Origin: Entomortierella parvispora E1425
Lineage: Eukaryota; Fungi; Mortierellomycota
Direction: 5' to 3'
Assembly (NCBI GenBank): GCA_020891255.1
Contig: BQFW01000011.1
Coordinates: 248,001 to 312,000, forward strand
DNA length: 64,000 nucleotides
Part shown: piece after piece, positions 34,717-45,363 of the stretch
Layout of the letters: every line of letters begins with the position of its first letter
How positions within the stretch are numbered: position 1 is the first letter of the stretch
Program-made: the position numbers and the translations under genes
Notes under the pieces: generated by a model
Seen by the model: the letters and a program-made list of their open reading frames with translations, nothing else
Databases searched by the model: none
Told to the model about the DNA's origin: nothing

Positions 34717-36532
34717 CTATTCGAACTGGTGAGCAACGCTCTCCGAACGATTTCTGATCCAGCGCGCAATGCTGCTTTGGAGCTTCCAGATTGATTTATG
34801 AAACTTGTTGATAGTCCAGCCTCGATTTGTTCCAGGCAAATTGGAGCGGTCAATTGAAAGATCCCATTCAACCTCCTTCTCCAGCTGTGTCTCATACGCC
34901 TTCATGCGCCCTTCCAGCGCCTCACTGTTGAAGACACCTTCGGTAATGGTGCTCAGGATGGTCTCAAACTTCCGGTTGATGTCCTTATTCTTGAGAATGA
35001 GCTTGGACACCAAAGGTTGGTTGTTGAAGACTAGACCATTTTCCCCGTATGTCTTGTATGACGCCTCGGCCTGTAAGCGGTTACCGCCAGAGTTGAAAGT
35101 ATGATCAAAATCCGATGGGATAAACTGCCAGACTTTGCTCTGCGGGTTGTAGTACATGAAATAGTTGTTGCCGTTCCACCAGAAGGCGTCCCAAGCGCCA
35201 GCCAAGTACTCAAGGGCCATCGCTCGCAAAAAACCGTCAAGGTCCAAGCGCTCATTCCAGTAGGCGATTCCTTTGGAATCTTTAGGGTTCCAGTCTTGAA
35301 GGTCCTTCATAAATTCGATGATCCGCTGCATGGGCTCATCTTCGGGGTTGTCACCAAGGACAATGTTTCTGTACTTCAATTCCGGATAGTCAGTAGCTTT
35401 TGGACCCATATAATTCAAGGTGGATTCACGGTGTCCCATTTTGTATAGCGCGCCCAAGTCCGTCTTGTCCTTAATGGAACCACGGTGAACTGTTCGCATC
35501 AACATGGTTTCCTCAATGTCCTCGACCATCTGATAAAACCCCTGTGGCTTGCCATTAACATAGACCCGCGCATAGCTTCCTTGGGAAGTGGGCACGCCGA
35601 TTGAGTTGAGAACATCCAGATACAACCTCTCACGGAGCATGGACGGGTCAGTGTATTCTGCGCGCATCTTGATGACAGATTGATTAAAGAACGGATGCTC
35701 CTCACTCTTGTCAAACTTGACTTCCAGCGACACCTTTTGGTAGATACGCGAATGATGGCCAGATACCTTGAACTTGACTTCGTCCGCGGAGTACACGGTG
35801 TTGGCGTTGATGAATTTGAAACCAGCCTTAATGGTCGTGCGCTTTTCACCCTTTGGGTGGTTCATCATGTACTCAAACTCGTCAGGGTCAACTGTAAAGT
35901 GCATAGTAGCGATTTGAGAGCAGTCAAAGACACTGGCAGAAGGCTCGGGGCGCACATCCTCGTAGACCTGCTTGATGGGAGGCAAGTCGGTGATAGTGAC
36001 CTCGCGACCAAAAAACTCATTCTGTGTGGTGTCTGCGTTTTCCAACTGTCGCATAAATCCCTCGCGCGCGACGGCCTTGTTCCTGCGGCTGAGTTGCACA
36101 TATCGGTAGCTTGGCGAGAGAGAAGAATCGTTGGCGACCTTTGCAGACCACAATGGAAACGAGGATTTGGAGGTCCGCAAAGGGTATAACTTCTTGTCGA
36201 TCTCGACGGCGAACGTGTTACCGGCAGCATCAGGGAAGCCGATGACTTTGTAGGTGACTAAACCTATCAAGGTCGAACGATCATTTGGAGAGAGGAGAAA
36301 AGGAGAAAAAAAAAAAAAGAAACATGGATTGAAGTGGTTGCGCGGAGAGAAGTACAAACTTGTCAGTCTAATATACTAATGCGGCGCTACGGCTCACATG
36401 GTGAGGATGATAAAACAGTGCATCCTTTGCTACGTTGTATGGTGAGGAGATAGATGGAGGGTGGAGTTTCTTACCATCAGCCAATACGCGGGACGCCAGG
36501 GCTAAGAGACCTGAAAGGAGGAGGATTCGCAT
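34717..36532 (-). CDS. cotH: CotH-family (spore coat protein / CotH kinase) secreted protein, 532 aa; exons 36532-36475 and 36257-34717
   Basis: Signal peptide MRILLLSGLLALASRVLA|DVTYKVIGFP after splicing. CotH motifs DPSMLRERLY, VYVNGKPQGFY, WDAFWWNGNNYFMY..WQFIPSDFDHTF. Confidence 0.9.
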
Positions 36533-37639
36533 AGTATGTGAAGGATTTTTCAAGAATGAATGAAAGAAATAAAAGTGGGGGAAGTGGGGGAAGTGGGGGT
36601 TGGGAATATAAATTTAAAGGAAAGGAAGGAGCGACGAGACGAAGACAATGAGGAAGTAAGGGGTAGGGAGGAATCAGGATCTATGATCTATCGTGTGACT
36701 TCAATGTTCTAAGGCGCACTGTTCTAAGGCGCACTGCAAGTATTCCTTTGAGGGACACATATCCATGAATGCTATCGAGCCATCGCAGAGCAGGCAAGAC
36801 CATGTGATCAATTGCTGCTGGTTTCCTCAGAGCACACCATGAAATCAGGGACAGTCCAAAGAAAGGATGCAGATTGCTAGAGTTGGCAACTCGCACAACA
36901 GAGGGGGGAGTATTGTCAATATGTGACTGGTTGTTGGACTGGCCTGGGAGTGAGTGTGGCCATCGTCGCATGCGGAATTGCATCTCTGCATTGCATGAAG
37001 CATCAACATCAGGACGCAACAATGGCAGAAGACAAGTCAAGGAGCAGGATGGAAAGCACGATGACGGGAATCCAGGCGAACGAAGAGCGGGTCAAGGAAG
37101 GACACGAATGCACCCATTAGTCCGCCTCAAAGTCAGGAGCACGTTTTGTACGTGGGTACGTTTTCCCAATTGGGCCTAATTGCGCTGGGATCAAATTCTT
37201 CAAAGGGGATTTCGTGCCCACCTTGATTTGGAAAACGGAGCCCTCCTCCTTCCTTTACCGGCGAAACGAACCGTTCCACATAAACATGAAAACGTTCCAG
37301 CGAAAAAACTTAGAAGACCCGCAGCTTCGCGAGCACGCATCAGAGAGGGACAGGAGTCGTATCGCTGGATTGGGCTTGGCCAGGGCTTCCCCCATGAAGT
37401 GTTTTTTTTTTGTCTTTGATTGAAAGTTAGCAACTGACAGTGAAAATACGAACGAGAAACTCTTTTGTCTGCCATCCATGCATGCAAAGCCCAGCCATCC
37501 ATGCACTACAAAAGAAGATGGTGCGATTCCGCTCGGTGAAGAGCGCGCAGTGTGAAAAATTAACGTACTACAACATGTACCTCTCATCTTTCGCCTCGTC
37601 CCGGGTCCCCAGTCTCGTTTTCATCCTCGTCCCCGACCT

Positions 37640-37735
37640 CGCTCCATCCTCACCTCCTAACCCCTCTCCATCCTCACCTCCCAACCCCTCTCCATCCTCA
37701 CCTCCCAACTTCGCTCCATCCTCACCTCCCCAACT
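37640..37735. repeat. ~21-bp GA/CT-rich tandem repeats at the inner end of the left TIR (mirrored, with extra units, at ~40795-40945)
   Basis: CTCCATCCTCACCTCC(C/T)AA units: four on the left, about six on the right. Confidence 0.85.
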
Positions 37736-37766
37736 GGCCTTCATCCCCCCTGGGACAGTAGCCCAC

Positions 37767-39298
37767 ATGCCAAAAAATAATAAAAAAAATGAGGAGGGTT
37801 CGTCGTCCGAATCCGGTTTACCAAAGATCCACCCGTTATCTACGATCTACCCAGATGGTGGTGAGTGATATCCTTACGTAGACGGTGCAATATGAAGTTT
37901 CACGAAGCAGCTACTAACCGTTTGTTAAAACAAGTCCACAGCGAAAACGGTGGAGGTAACGAATTGTAGTTGGTCATCCAGTTGCAATCCCAATTGTCAT
38001 TTTCCTCTAACTTTAACAACGTGCCCTTGTGTAGGATTGAGTTCCACTGTCGATGCAGATTATCAGTTCGTGGAGCCGTCCTTGCAGAAGGTCTCGAAGG
38101 ATGACGAGCGAGAACTCATGCTGACATGGCTGGAGGTCAAGACTAATTACGCGGCAGTTTATGGCACGCAAAAGACAGCAGTCGGGCCAAAGCAAGAAGG
38201 AGCCCAATCAGCCTGGACTCGGGCTGGTAAAATGTTGGCCGAAAAAGGGCGATCAAAAGAAAAATTCACCACGAAAAGCGTTGCAGCAAAGTTTCGACGA
38301 TACAGATCTGCCTTTTTCGAAACGGCAAGGTACGCCCTAAGCACAGGTGCAGGTTTGGATGAAAAAGACAACTTCGTCACCTTCGAAGAGAAGTTGGAGC
38401 ATCGGTGTCATGGTTATAAGAGGATGCATTCTTTGTTCGGCAAAAGTCCACACCTAAACCCCCCATGCGAAGCAGGGACCTCAGCAGGGAAGGTTTCGTT
38501 TGCTTCAAAAGGCGTGAACATTCTGACTCTCGGTTCGTCGGGATGCGCCTATGACGACGACGAATCTCAGGAAGTGAGTCTGTTAGATGCAGAGGGAGAG
38601 TGCGATGAGCTGGGTCACGAGCTGTACGAGCCACTTAATGAAGATGAAGTTGAGGAAGAGGAAGAGGAATGGGACGAGCCATTAAGTAGGAATCATGGAG
38701 CCTTTCAAGAGTATAGGTCCCAAATCTCGGCGCCATCAACTGCAAGCAGGTCCTCTCAGCCCAAGAGAAGACGCTCTCCTGAATGCTCGGCCACGCCCCC
38801 TCCGAGCAACGACAAAGGTGACCCAAAGAATCCCAAGCCCAACGCTATACGGAAGGACCCCCCAAACCCGACATTATTTCCCGGCCACCAACCAGTAAAA
38901 ACTCCAAATGGCCTTGTTGGAATGGAAAGCCTCCTGGCGGCGAACCGTGAAGGTGCGTTTACTTCTGAGCACTTGATCATTTTCTCATTACATGTCTGTC
39001 TCTTTCTCACACACTCTCTCCCTCCTCTGGCACTCGTTATTTGTGAGAAGACAGGAGAGCAGAAGCGGCAGAAAAACGAAAACAGAAGGAGATCAGAGAA
39101 AGAATGAGGCAGGAGCGCTTTTACAAGAAGCTTGACGAAAAAGCGAAGGAACAGCAGCTGCAAAGAGACCACGAGATTCGCCTTAAAATCTTTGATCAAG
39201 GCTGGGACAAAAACACTGTCGCAGATGTCCTCAAGGGCCTTGGCCTTTTGTCAAGGCCAGAAGAGAACGCCGACGAGAACACTGACGTATTAGAGTAG
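37767..39298 (+). CDS. Harbinger ORF1, putative Myb/SANT-like DNA-binding partner, ~419 aa; exons 37767-37860, 38035-38952, 39051-39298
   Basis: The predicted GT-AG introns join in frame. Helical W-containing segment (LMLTWL..NY..AWTRAGKML..VAAKFRRYR), acidic low-complexity middle and coiled-coil C-terminus. Position opposite a Harbinger transposase. Confidence 0.7.
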
Positions 39299-39365
39299 CC
39301 CCTCCACCTCCATGTACAGTACGTTCTTTCACCATCAGCCATTGTTTACATCACTGAAAAAAAAT

Positions 39366-40765
39366 TTATCTGCCCTGTGCTCTGTTTGTCTCGAGTGTTG
39401 TCTTCTTTAACGCTTCGCGGAATGCTCCACCTCCCGTTGTACCTTGAAAATGGGGATCAAATATTGACGCTACCGGGCGGGCATCCACTGGATCTGTCCA
39501 CTTATCGCCTAGTTTGGCCAACATGTTGTGTAGAACGCTGCAGGACAAGACCCAGAAGCAAAGTTGTCTCATGCTGCGGTCGTTCTGGAGTTGATGCCTC
39601 ATCTCTTTAAGGGATTGCCATCGACCTTTTAGGACTCCAATGCAGTGCTCATTTCGCACTCGAGAGCAGGCCAGATAATAGTTGAAAGCTGTGTTATCAG
39701 GATGATCTGCCTCGGGGGACTTGTAGGCAGGGACACAAAATGTGGTGGCCCCGTAGGCCGAATCAGAAATCAGAAACTGTCCTGGAGAGAAATGGTCCTC
39801 TGGCAATTTATACTGATCCATTCTACTGAAGACTTTTGAGTCTGAAGAAGAGCCAGGGCAGCCGACATGAACAGCGATGATCTCTCGATCCATGTTACAA
39901 ACGATTTGAGCATTGACTGAGTACCTATCCCACCGTCATATTTTTTGCAGTTTAGAAGGACATCCTTTTACGACACTGGAAAAAGAGCACCAGATGAGTA
40001 CCTTTGTTTGCGGTCAAAGTACGCTGTTCCTTCTTGGGCAGGCTTTTGGGACAGTGGAATTGTGGTTCCGTCAATGAAGCCAACACAACCAGGGAAACCC
40101 TCCCTGCGCATCAGCCGACTGTGCTTCTCCCTTTCTTGACTATTGGGCCAACGTATCCAGTCAGGTACCAGGGACACTAGCGCCGTCATTACCCTGTTGG
40201 TGCACAAGACAACAGATCCTGGGCTGATGCCAAAATCACTGGCCAACATATTCTCTGACACCCTGTTACCGTAGTGTCCGAATCGTTCAAGTGTCACCGC
40301 CAATTGCCAAAACGGATGTAGTTGGCGGCACCGTGAGGAGTTCTGGAAAACGGGGTGAGGCCCTATAATGACTGCGATAGCTGAAAAGGAATTTTTATCC
40401 ATACGGAAATGTTGTCGAAATTCACCGTCCGTGTAAGAATAAAACTTGGTTGTGAAAAAGTAGTTGTCGACTTGTCGGTGTGTTATGGGTCTATCAAAAT
40501 ACCGAGATTCTGTAATAGAAACATGGCTAATGTAGATATGCCTCACAAGCTCCCATTCGCGATCAGAGTCACTCTCAGAATCGCTGGTGATGGTTCCATC
40601 CGAACCGCTACTTGAGCTGCTGTCCTCGTCGCTTTCTGAGTCGTTTTCTGAGGTGTTTTCTGAGTCGTGGCTCGAATTGGTATTTATTTCAGCTTCAAGG
40701 ACTCCAAGCAAAAACGCTTGTTCCAGATCTCGCAAAGCTTTCTGACGATCGGAAATTTTTGGCAT
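39366..40765 (-). CDS. PIF/Harbinger (HARBI1-like, DDE_Tnp_4) transposase, 440 aa; exons 40765-40002 and 39924-39366
   Basis: FRQHFRMDK..F, QLAVTL, CVGFIDGTTIPL, spliced FDRKQR|YSVNAQIVC, GCPGSSSDSKVF, LISDSAY, FNYYLACSRVRNEHCIGVLKGRW. No stops after splicing. Confidence 0.92.
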
Positions 40766-42129
40766 GTGGGCTACTGTCCCAGGGGGGACGAAGGCGAGTT
40801 GGGGAGGCGAGGATTAAGGCGAGTTGGGGAGGTGAGGATGGAGCGAAGTTGGGGAGGTGAGGATGGAGCGAAGTTGGGAGGTGAGGATGGAGAGGGGTTG
40901 GGAGGTGAGGATGGAGAGGGGTTAGGAGGTGAGGATGGAGCGAGGTCGGGGACGAGGATGAAAACGAGACTGGGGACCCGGGACGAGGCGAAAGATGAGA
41001 GGTACATGTTGTAGTACGTTAATTTTTCACACTGCGCGCTCTTCACCGAGCGGAATCGCACCATCTTCTTTTGTAGTGCATGGATGGCTGGGCTTTGCAT
41101 GCATGGATGGCAGACAAAAGAGTTTCTCGTTCGTATTTTCACTGTCAGTTGCTAACTTTCAATCAAAGACAAAAAAAAAACACTTCATGGGGGAAGCCCT
41201 GGCCAAGCCCAATCCAGCGATACGACTCCTGTCCCTCTCTGATGCGTGCTCGCGAAGCTGCGGGTCTTCTAAGTTTTTTCGCTGGAACGTTTTCATGTTT
41301 ATGTGGAACGGTTCGTTTCGCCGGTAAAGGAAGGAGGAGGGCTCCGTTTTCCAAATCAAGGTGGGCACGAAATCCCCTTTGAAGAATTTGATCCCAGCGC
41401 AATTAGGCCCAATTGGGAAAACGTACCCACGTACAAAACGTGCTCCTGACTTTGAGGCGGACTATTGGGTCGTTATCATTTTTGAACAAAATACAAGCCC
41501 CTCGTACTCAAGGGAGTTCAACGTTCACATGCAAGGGAAAAGTTGATCACTTTCCTTGGTGGACGACAGCACTGTTCGTGTAGACTGTCGGCAGAATCAG
41601 AAGGTTTGCTAACAGTGCTTGTACCTGGTCGAAGGTTGCTCTACAGGGGAATATGTTCCCTTGGGTAATCTCTACTCGGCGATCTCACCAAACACGCCGT
41701 GTTTCCACGCCGCATCGATGGCGCTGATTGTAAGGCGGAGCCCCGATCCGGTCGTTGTGAGCAAAACGGTCAACGCACAAAGGGCCTGGACTATAACATG
41801 TGCGCGACTAGACCTTATTTGGCAATAAAAGTGTCACACGCCGCTCTGCTCCACTCAAAAACCCAACGCTCCGCTGATTCTCTTGTCCACATTACGCAAA
41901 CATCCACCCTGCCAGTTTGGCACGACTTGAATCTTCTCTACCGGCAATTATAAATAGAGAACACCCTTTCCTCTTCAGCTCTTTCGCCCATCTTTTTCTC
42001 CTTCACCACCACTCCACACACACACACAAACAAAGTAAGAACTATATCTGTTCCAATTGCGACCGTTGTCCCATGTTGATATCGATGCTAATTTCTTTCA
42101 TCTCTTCCCTTGATCAATTCTTCAAAAGC

Positions 42130-42516
42130 ATGAAACTCAGCATCTTGACCAAGCCTTTTGCCCTGTTGGCCGTTGCTGCTTTTGCGAGCGCCACTTGCAC
42201 CTACCAAGGAGCTTATGACTCGAAATATGATCTTGCCATCTTTCCGTCTGATGACTGCACAGGCAATGGCGAATCCTACACTCTGAACGACGAATGTGGA
42301 CAATCGGGAACGGTCCATTATTCTGGTCACTCAATCGAGCTGGGTTCTGAGTGCAACTTCGACTTTTACGATAAAAACGGCAACTATATCAACTACAAGT
42401 CCTCCACCGTTGGCTTGGTCTATGTTGCGTATGGAAACATTGGAACAGAGATTTCCTACTTCAAGTACCAGTGCCCATGCCACGTCGACAAGGCCTGCTG
42501 TATCTTGAAGAAGTGA
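42130..42516 (+). CDS. Small secreted cysteine-rich protein, 128 aa (8 Cys), unknown function
   Basis: Signal peptide MKLSILTKPFALLAVAAFASA. TATAAAT upstream (~41950). Confidence 0.75.
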   Translation: MKLSILTKPFALLAVAAFASATCTYQGAYDSKYDLAIFPSDDCTGNGESYTLNDECGQSGTVHYSGHSIELGSECNFDFYDKNGNYINYKSSTVGLVYVAYGNIGTEISYFKYQCPCHVDKACCILKK

Positions 42517-42975
42517 GCTCCCTTCTTCTAGTTTAAATGCGAAGCCAAGAACATAGCCACCCTCCTCCGACGATTGTTCATGTTTCTCGGTAGTACAGCC
42601 CACGTAGATTTGTATACGCCTCTTGCCTCCAAATTACTAAAACATACTACGAGCTATCTAAATCTGAACCCATCAGTCAGTCCTTGGCCCTGTTTTTACT
42701 TTGCAACCGACTTTTTTTTTTAAAAAAAAAAATTCCACTCACTCACTCATCGTGCCTCTCCTCCTACCAACTGTTCCTGCTTTGTTTATCTTTGGCTTGT
42801 CGTCCTCATCTGCCCCATTGCAGGGCCGTCCCGTATCCAAGGACACAAACCTTCACCCATGCCTTTATTTACCCCTCAGTCTGCAACTCACAATATACAC
42901 CAAGGGTATCATCCACTCTTTACCCTCGTTTGCCTTATCTGATAAAAACAGAATTGTATTATTGGAAAGCATCTA

Positions 42976-45363
42976 CTACACTCCGGACTCCCATTCGCCT
43001 CCGTAAGCACCACACCTATCAACAGACATGTAGGGGGCATTCGTGCCGTCTTTGGTGTAGTAGTTCATGAACCAAGACGGCAAGTTGTAGGCCAGCTTGG
43101 GATGGATACCGCCTTGAAGGAAAATGAAGAGGAAGAGTCCAGTGAAGGCGGCGCCGGTATCCAATGCAGCCGAGAGGATGAAGGTATATTTCGACCACCA
43201 GTTTTTGTGGTAGTGGAAGAGCCATCCCTGCCAGATGAGGCAGACTGCCAAACCGCAGACAACACCAACAATAAGTCCTCCGGGATACTGGGACATGCCA
43301 CCAGCGAAAACAGCAATGTTAAAGGTCGACCACCTTACACTGGGGTATTTCTTGGAGAGGAGCCATTGGATAACAGGGATGACGGCACCAATGAGGAAAC
43401 CCCAATAGATAAAATGGTACTGAGATGACTTGCCGAACATCTTGGCAGGTCCGAAGGCACCGTAGATAAGGGCAGATCCCCAGTAGATCTGGGGACTGAC
43501 TCCAGTCCAGAGATCAGTAGGATCTTTGTCGGTTCCGTCTAAGTAGGGTCGCTTAGTGTTGATGATGATGATCATAGTGATATAGTTGAAAATACCGCCA
43601 ACGAGTGTGCCCCAGACCTGGGCGGTGAACATGGAGCGTGGAGGGATCTTCATGTAAACACCGAGCTTGAGATCTTGAAGGAGAGTGTGGCATTGGTACA
43701 TGGCCATGTAACCGTAGCACTTGAAGGTCATGTTGGCGATTGTTTTGCCGGGGAAGATGAAACCGCAGAGCAGCTGGGTGAGGACGTTAAGACCCGGACC
43801 AGTACCAGTGATGGCGATCATGGCTCCGATGGGGAGTGCCATAAGCCAACCAATGGCAACGGCAATGAGAAGACCATACCAGGGGAGCTGAAGCTCATAG
43901 ACCTCAACGACCATCATCGAGAGCGCAAGCATGATAACGTAGAAGACGGCATACCACAGCTGGGGAACCTCGGGGTAAGCCCTCATCATCTTGTGGTGGA
44001 TATCCTCATCGGAGGCATTGATGGAAGCCTTCCATGTCTTCCAGATATTGGAGCCGTGGAAGCAAATGATGTGAGTGACACAGCCGCCAAGAGCAATGAA
44101 AGAGTACAGGAAAATCATGGCGTACATAGGGGTCATGGTGACTGGGGTGCCGGCGTTGTACTTTTCCTCGTTGATGGTAAAGTCGGGATTCAACATGGTG
44201 TTGATATCGAAAGCCGTGCCGTTCGTGTGGTAGAGTCTGGAGGTCAGAGGGCGGCCAAAGAGTCTGGCGTTGAAGATGTTGTTGAACCAGATGATGGGGA
44301 AGATGATCCAATAGGAAAGAATGATACCACCATACTGGGCGAGCTGAGTAGCGAGTGGCATCCACATGGTGGCGCCACCAATAAAGGTCCATTCGAAGGT
44401 GAGGGAGAGGATACCGACACCACCGCCGACATGGGAGGAAAAGAGAGCCCAGAAATTATAATCAAAGGGCTTGAACCAGCAAATCCAGTCAAAGTAGATC
44501 AACATGGGCGCAAAGAATTGGGGAAGGAACTCGTACAAGAACATGCCGCCACAGAAGACCCAGAAATATTTCATATAAGACCAGCCACGGATCATCGTCT
44601 TGTTCTTGAACTCGTCAGTGTTGTGCATGGCGTTGTAGAAAACAACCTGGACCAAGTTCGACCACCAGACCATCTCAGCAGGATACACAAGGTACTTGCG
44701 GAGGGTGCCAGCCATGCCGTAACCCAAGCACTGGGTGGTTGTGATGAGAATCATAGCCCCCAAGGCATTGATGCGGTAATGAAGGAAGAGATCCATGACC
44801 GACAAAACGTAGATGGCGTAGGCAGATGTGGAAGCGGTGGAGACGGCAATGCCGATCAAGGCATGCTCTTTGATGTTGAATGGACCGGGATTGAGGGAAA
44901 AAGAGTAGCCACCGATGGTCCATTTACCGGTTGGGAGAATGCGAGCCATAATCGTACCCAAACCATAGGAGGCCAAGTTGACGAAGTAGATGGAGAAAGT
45001 ACCGTTGGCCACGCGGAACATGTAGTATTGCTGGATGATGGAGCCCAGGATCGAGAAAAATGTGGAGAGGACCCAGAAACGGAAGGTCAAGGCGATCAAG
45101 GAGGGATCATCAGTGAGAGGTACCACTGTAGGGGAATAGAAAAGTGCAAAGGAAAAGAACACGTTAACATCGGGCACAGACACAGTGCAGTAGACCGAAT
45201 GAAGACCAAATAAACCATGGCATCAAAAACACGTACCAAGACGAACGGCTTCAATCCTGGAGTTTTCTTGCTCAGTCTCCTCGAGAGAAATACTGTCGCT
45301 GATATATGCCTTCTCTATACCAGAGATATCTTTCTCCTTCTCGTATTCGTTTTTTTCGCCCAT
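42976..45363 (-). CDS. OPT-family oligopeptide transporter (PT clade, OPT1/Isp4-like); exons 45363-45237 and 45125-42976
   Basis: EQENSRIEAVRL|VVPLTDDP, TFRFWVL, LNPGPFNIKEHALI, LVYPAEMVW, YPEVPQLWY, DLKLGVYMKIPPR, KYTFILSAALDTG. Confidence 0.93.

Larger units (their letters stand above)
37119..41463. mobile_element. PIF/Harbinger DNA transposon, 4345 bp, apparently intact, 617-bp TIRs, 3-bp TSD ATT
   Basis: 37119-37735 is the reverse complement of 40847-41463 (identical ORF translations from both arms). ATT at 37116-37118 and 41464-41466. Contains two convergent genes: DDE transposase and DNA-binding partner. Confidence 0.93.

Noticed and set aside
37119-37766. Identical small ORFs in both Harbinger TIRs (e.g. 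100 aa, 110 aa)
   Set aside because: They are duplicated only because the arms are identical, and show no coding features.
7200-42600. Starship-like giant transposon as the explanation for the island
   Set aside because: No DUF3435 tyrosine-recombinase captain or element boundaries recognised in the window.
43675-45213. 512-aa plus-strand ORF
   Set aside because: Antisense shadow of the OPT gene, with no independent motifs.
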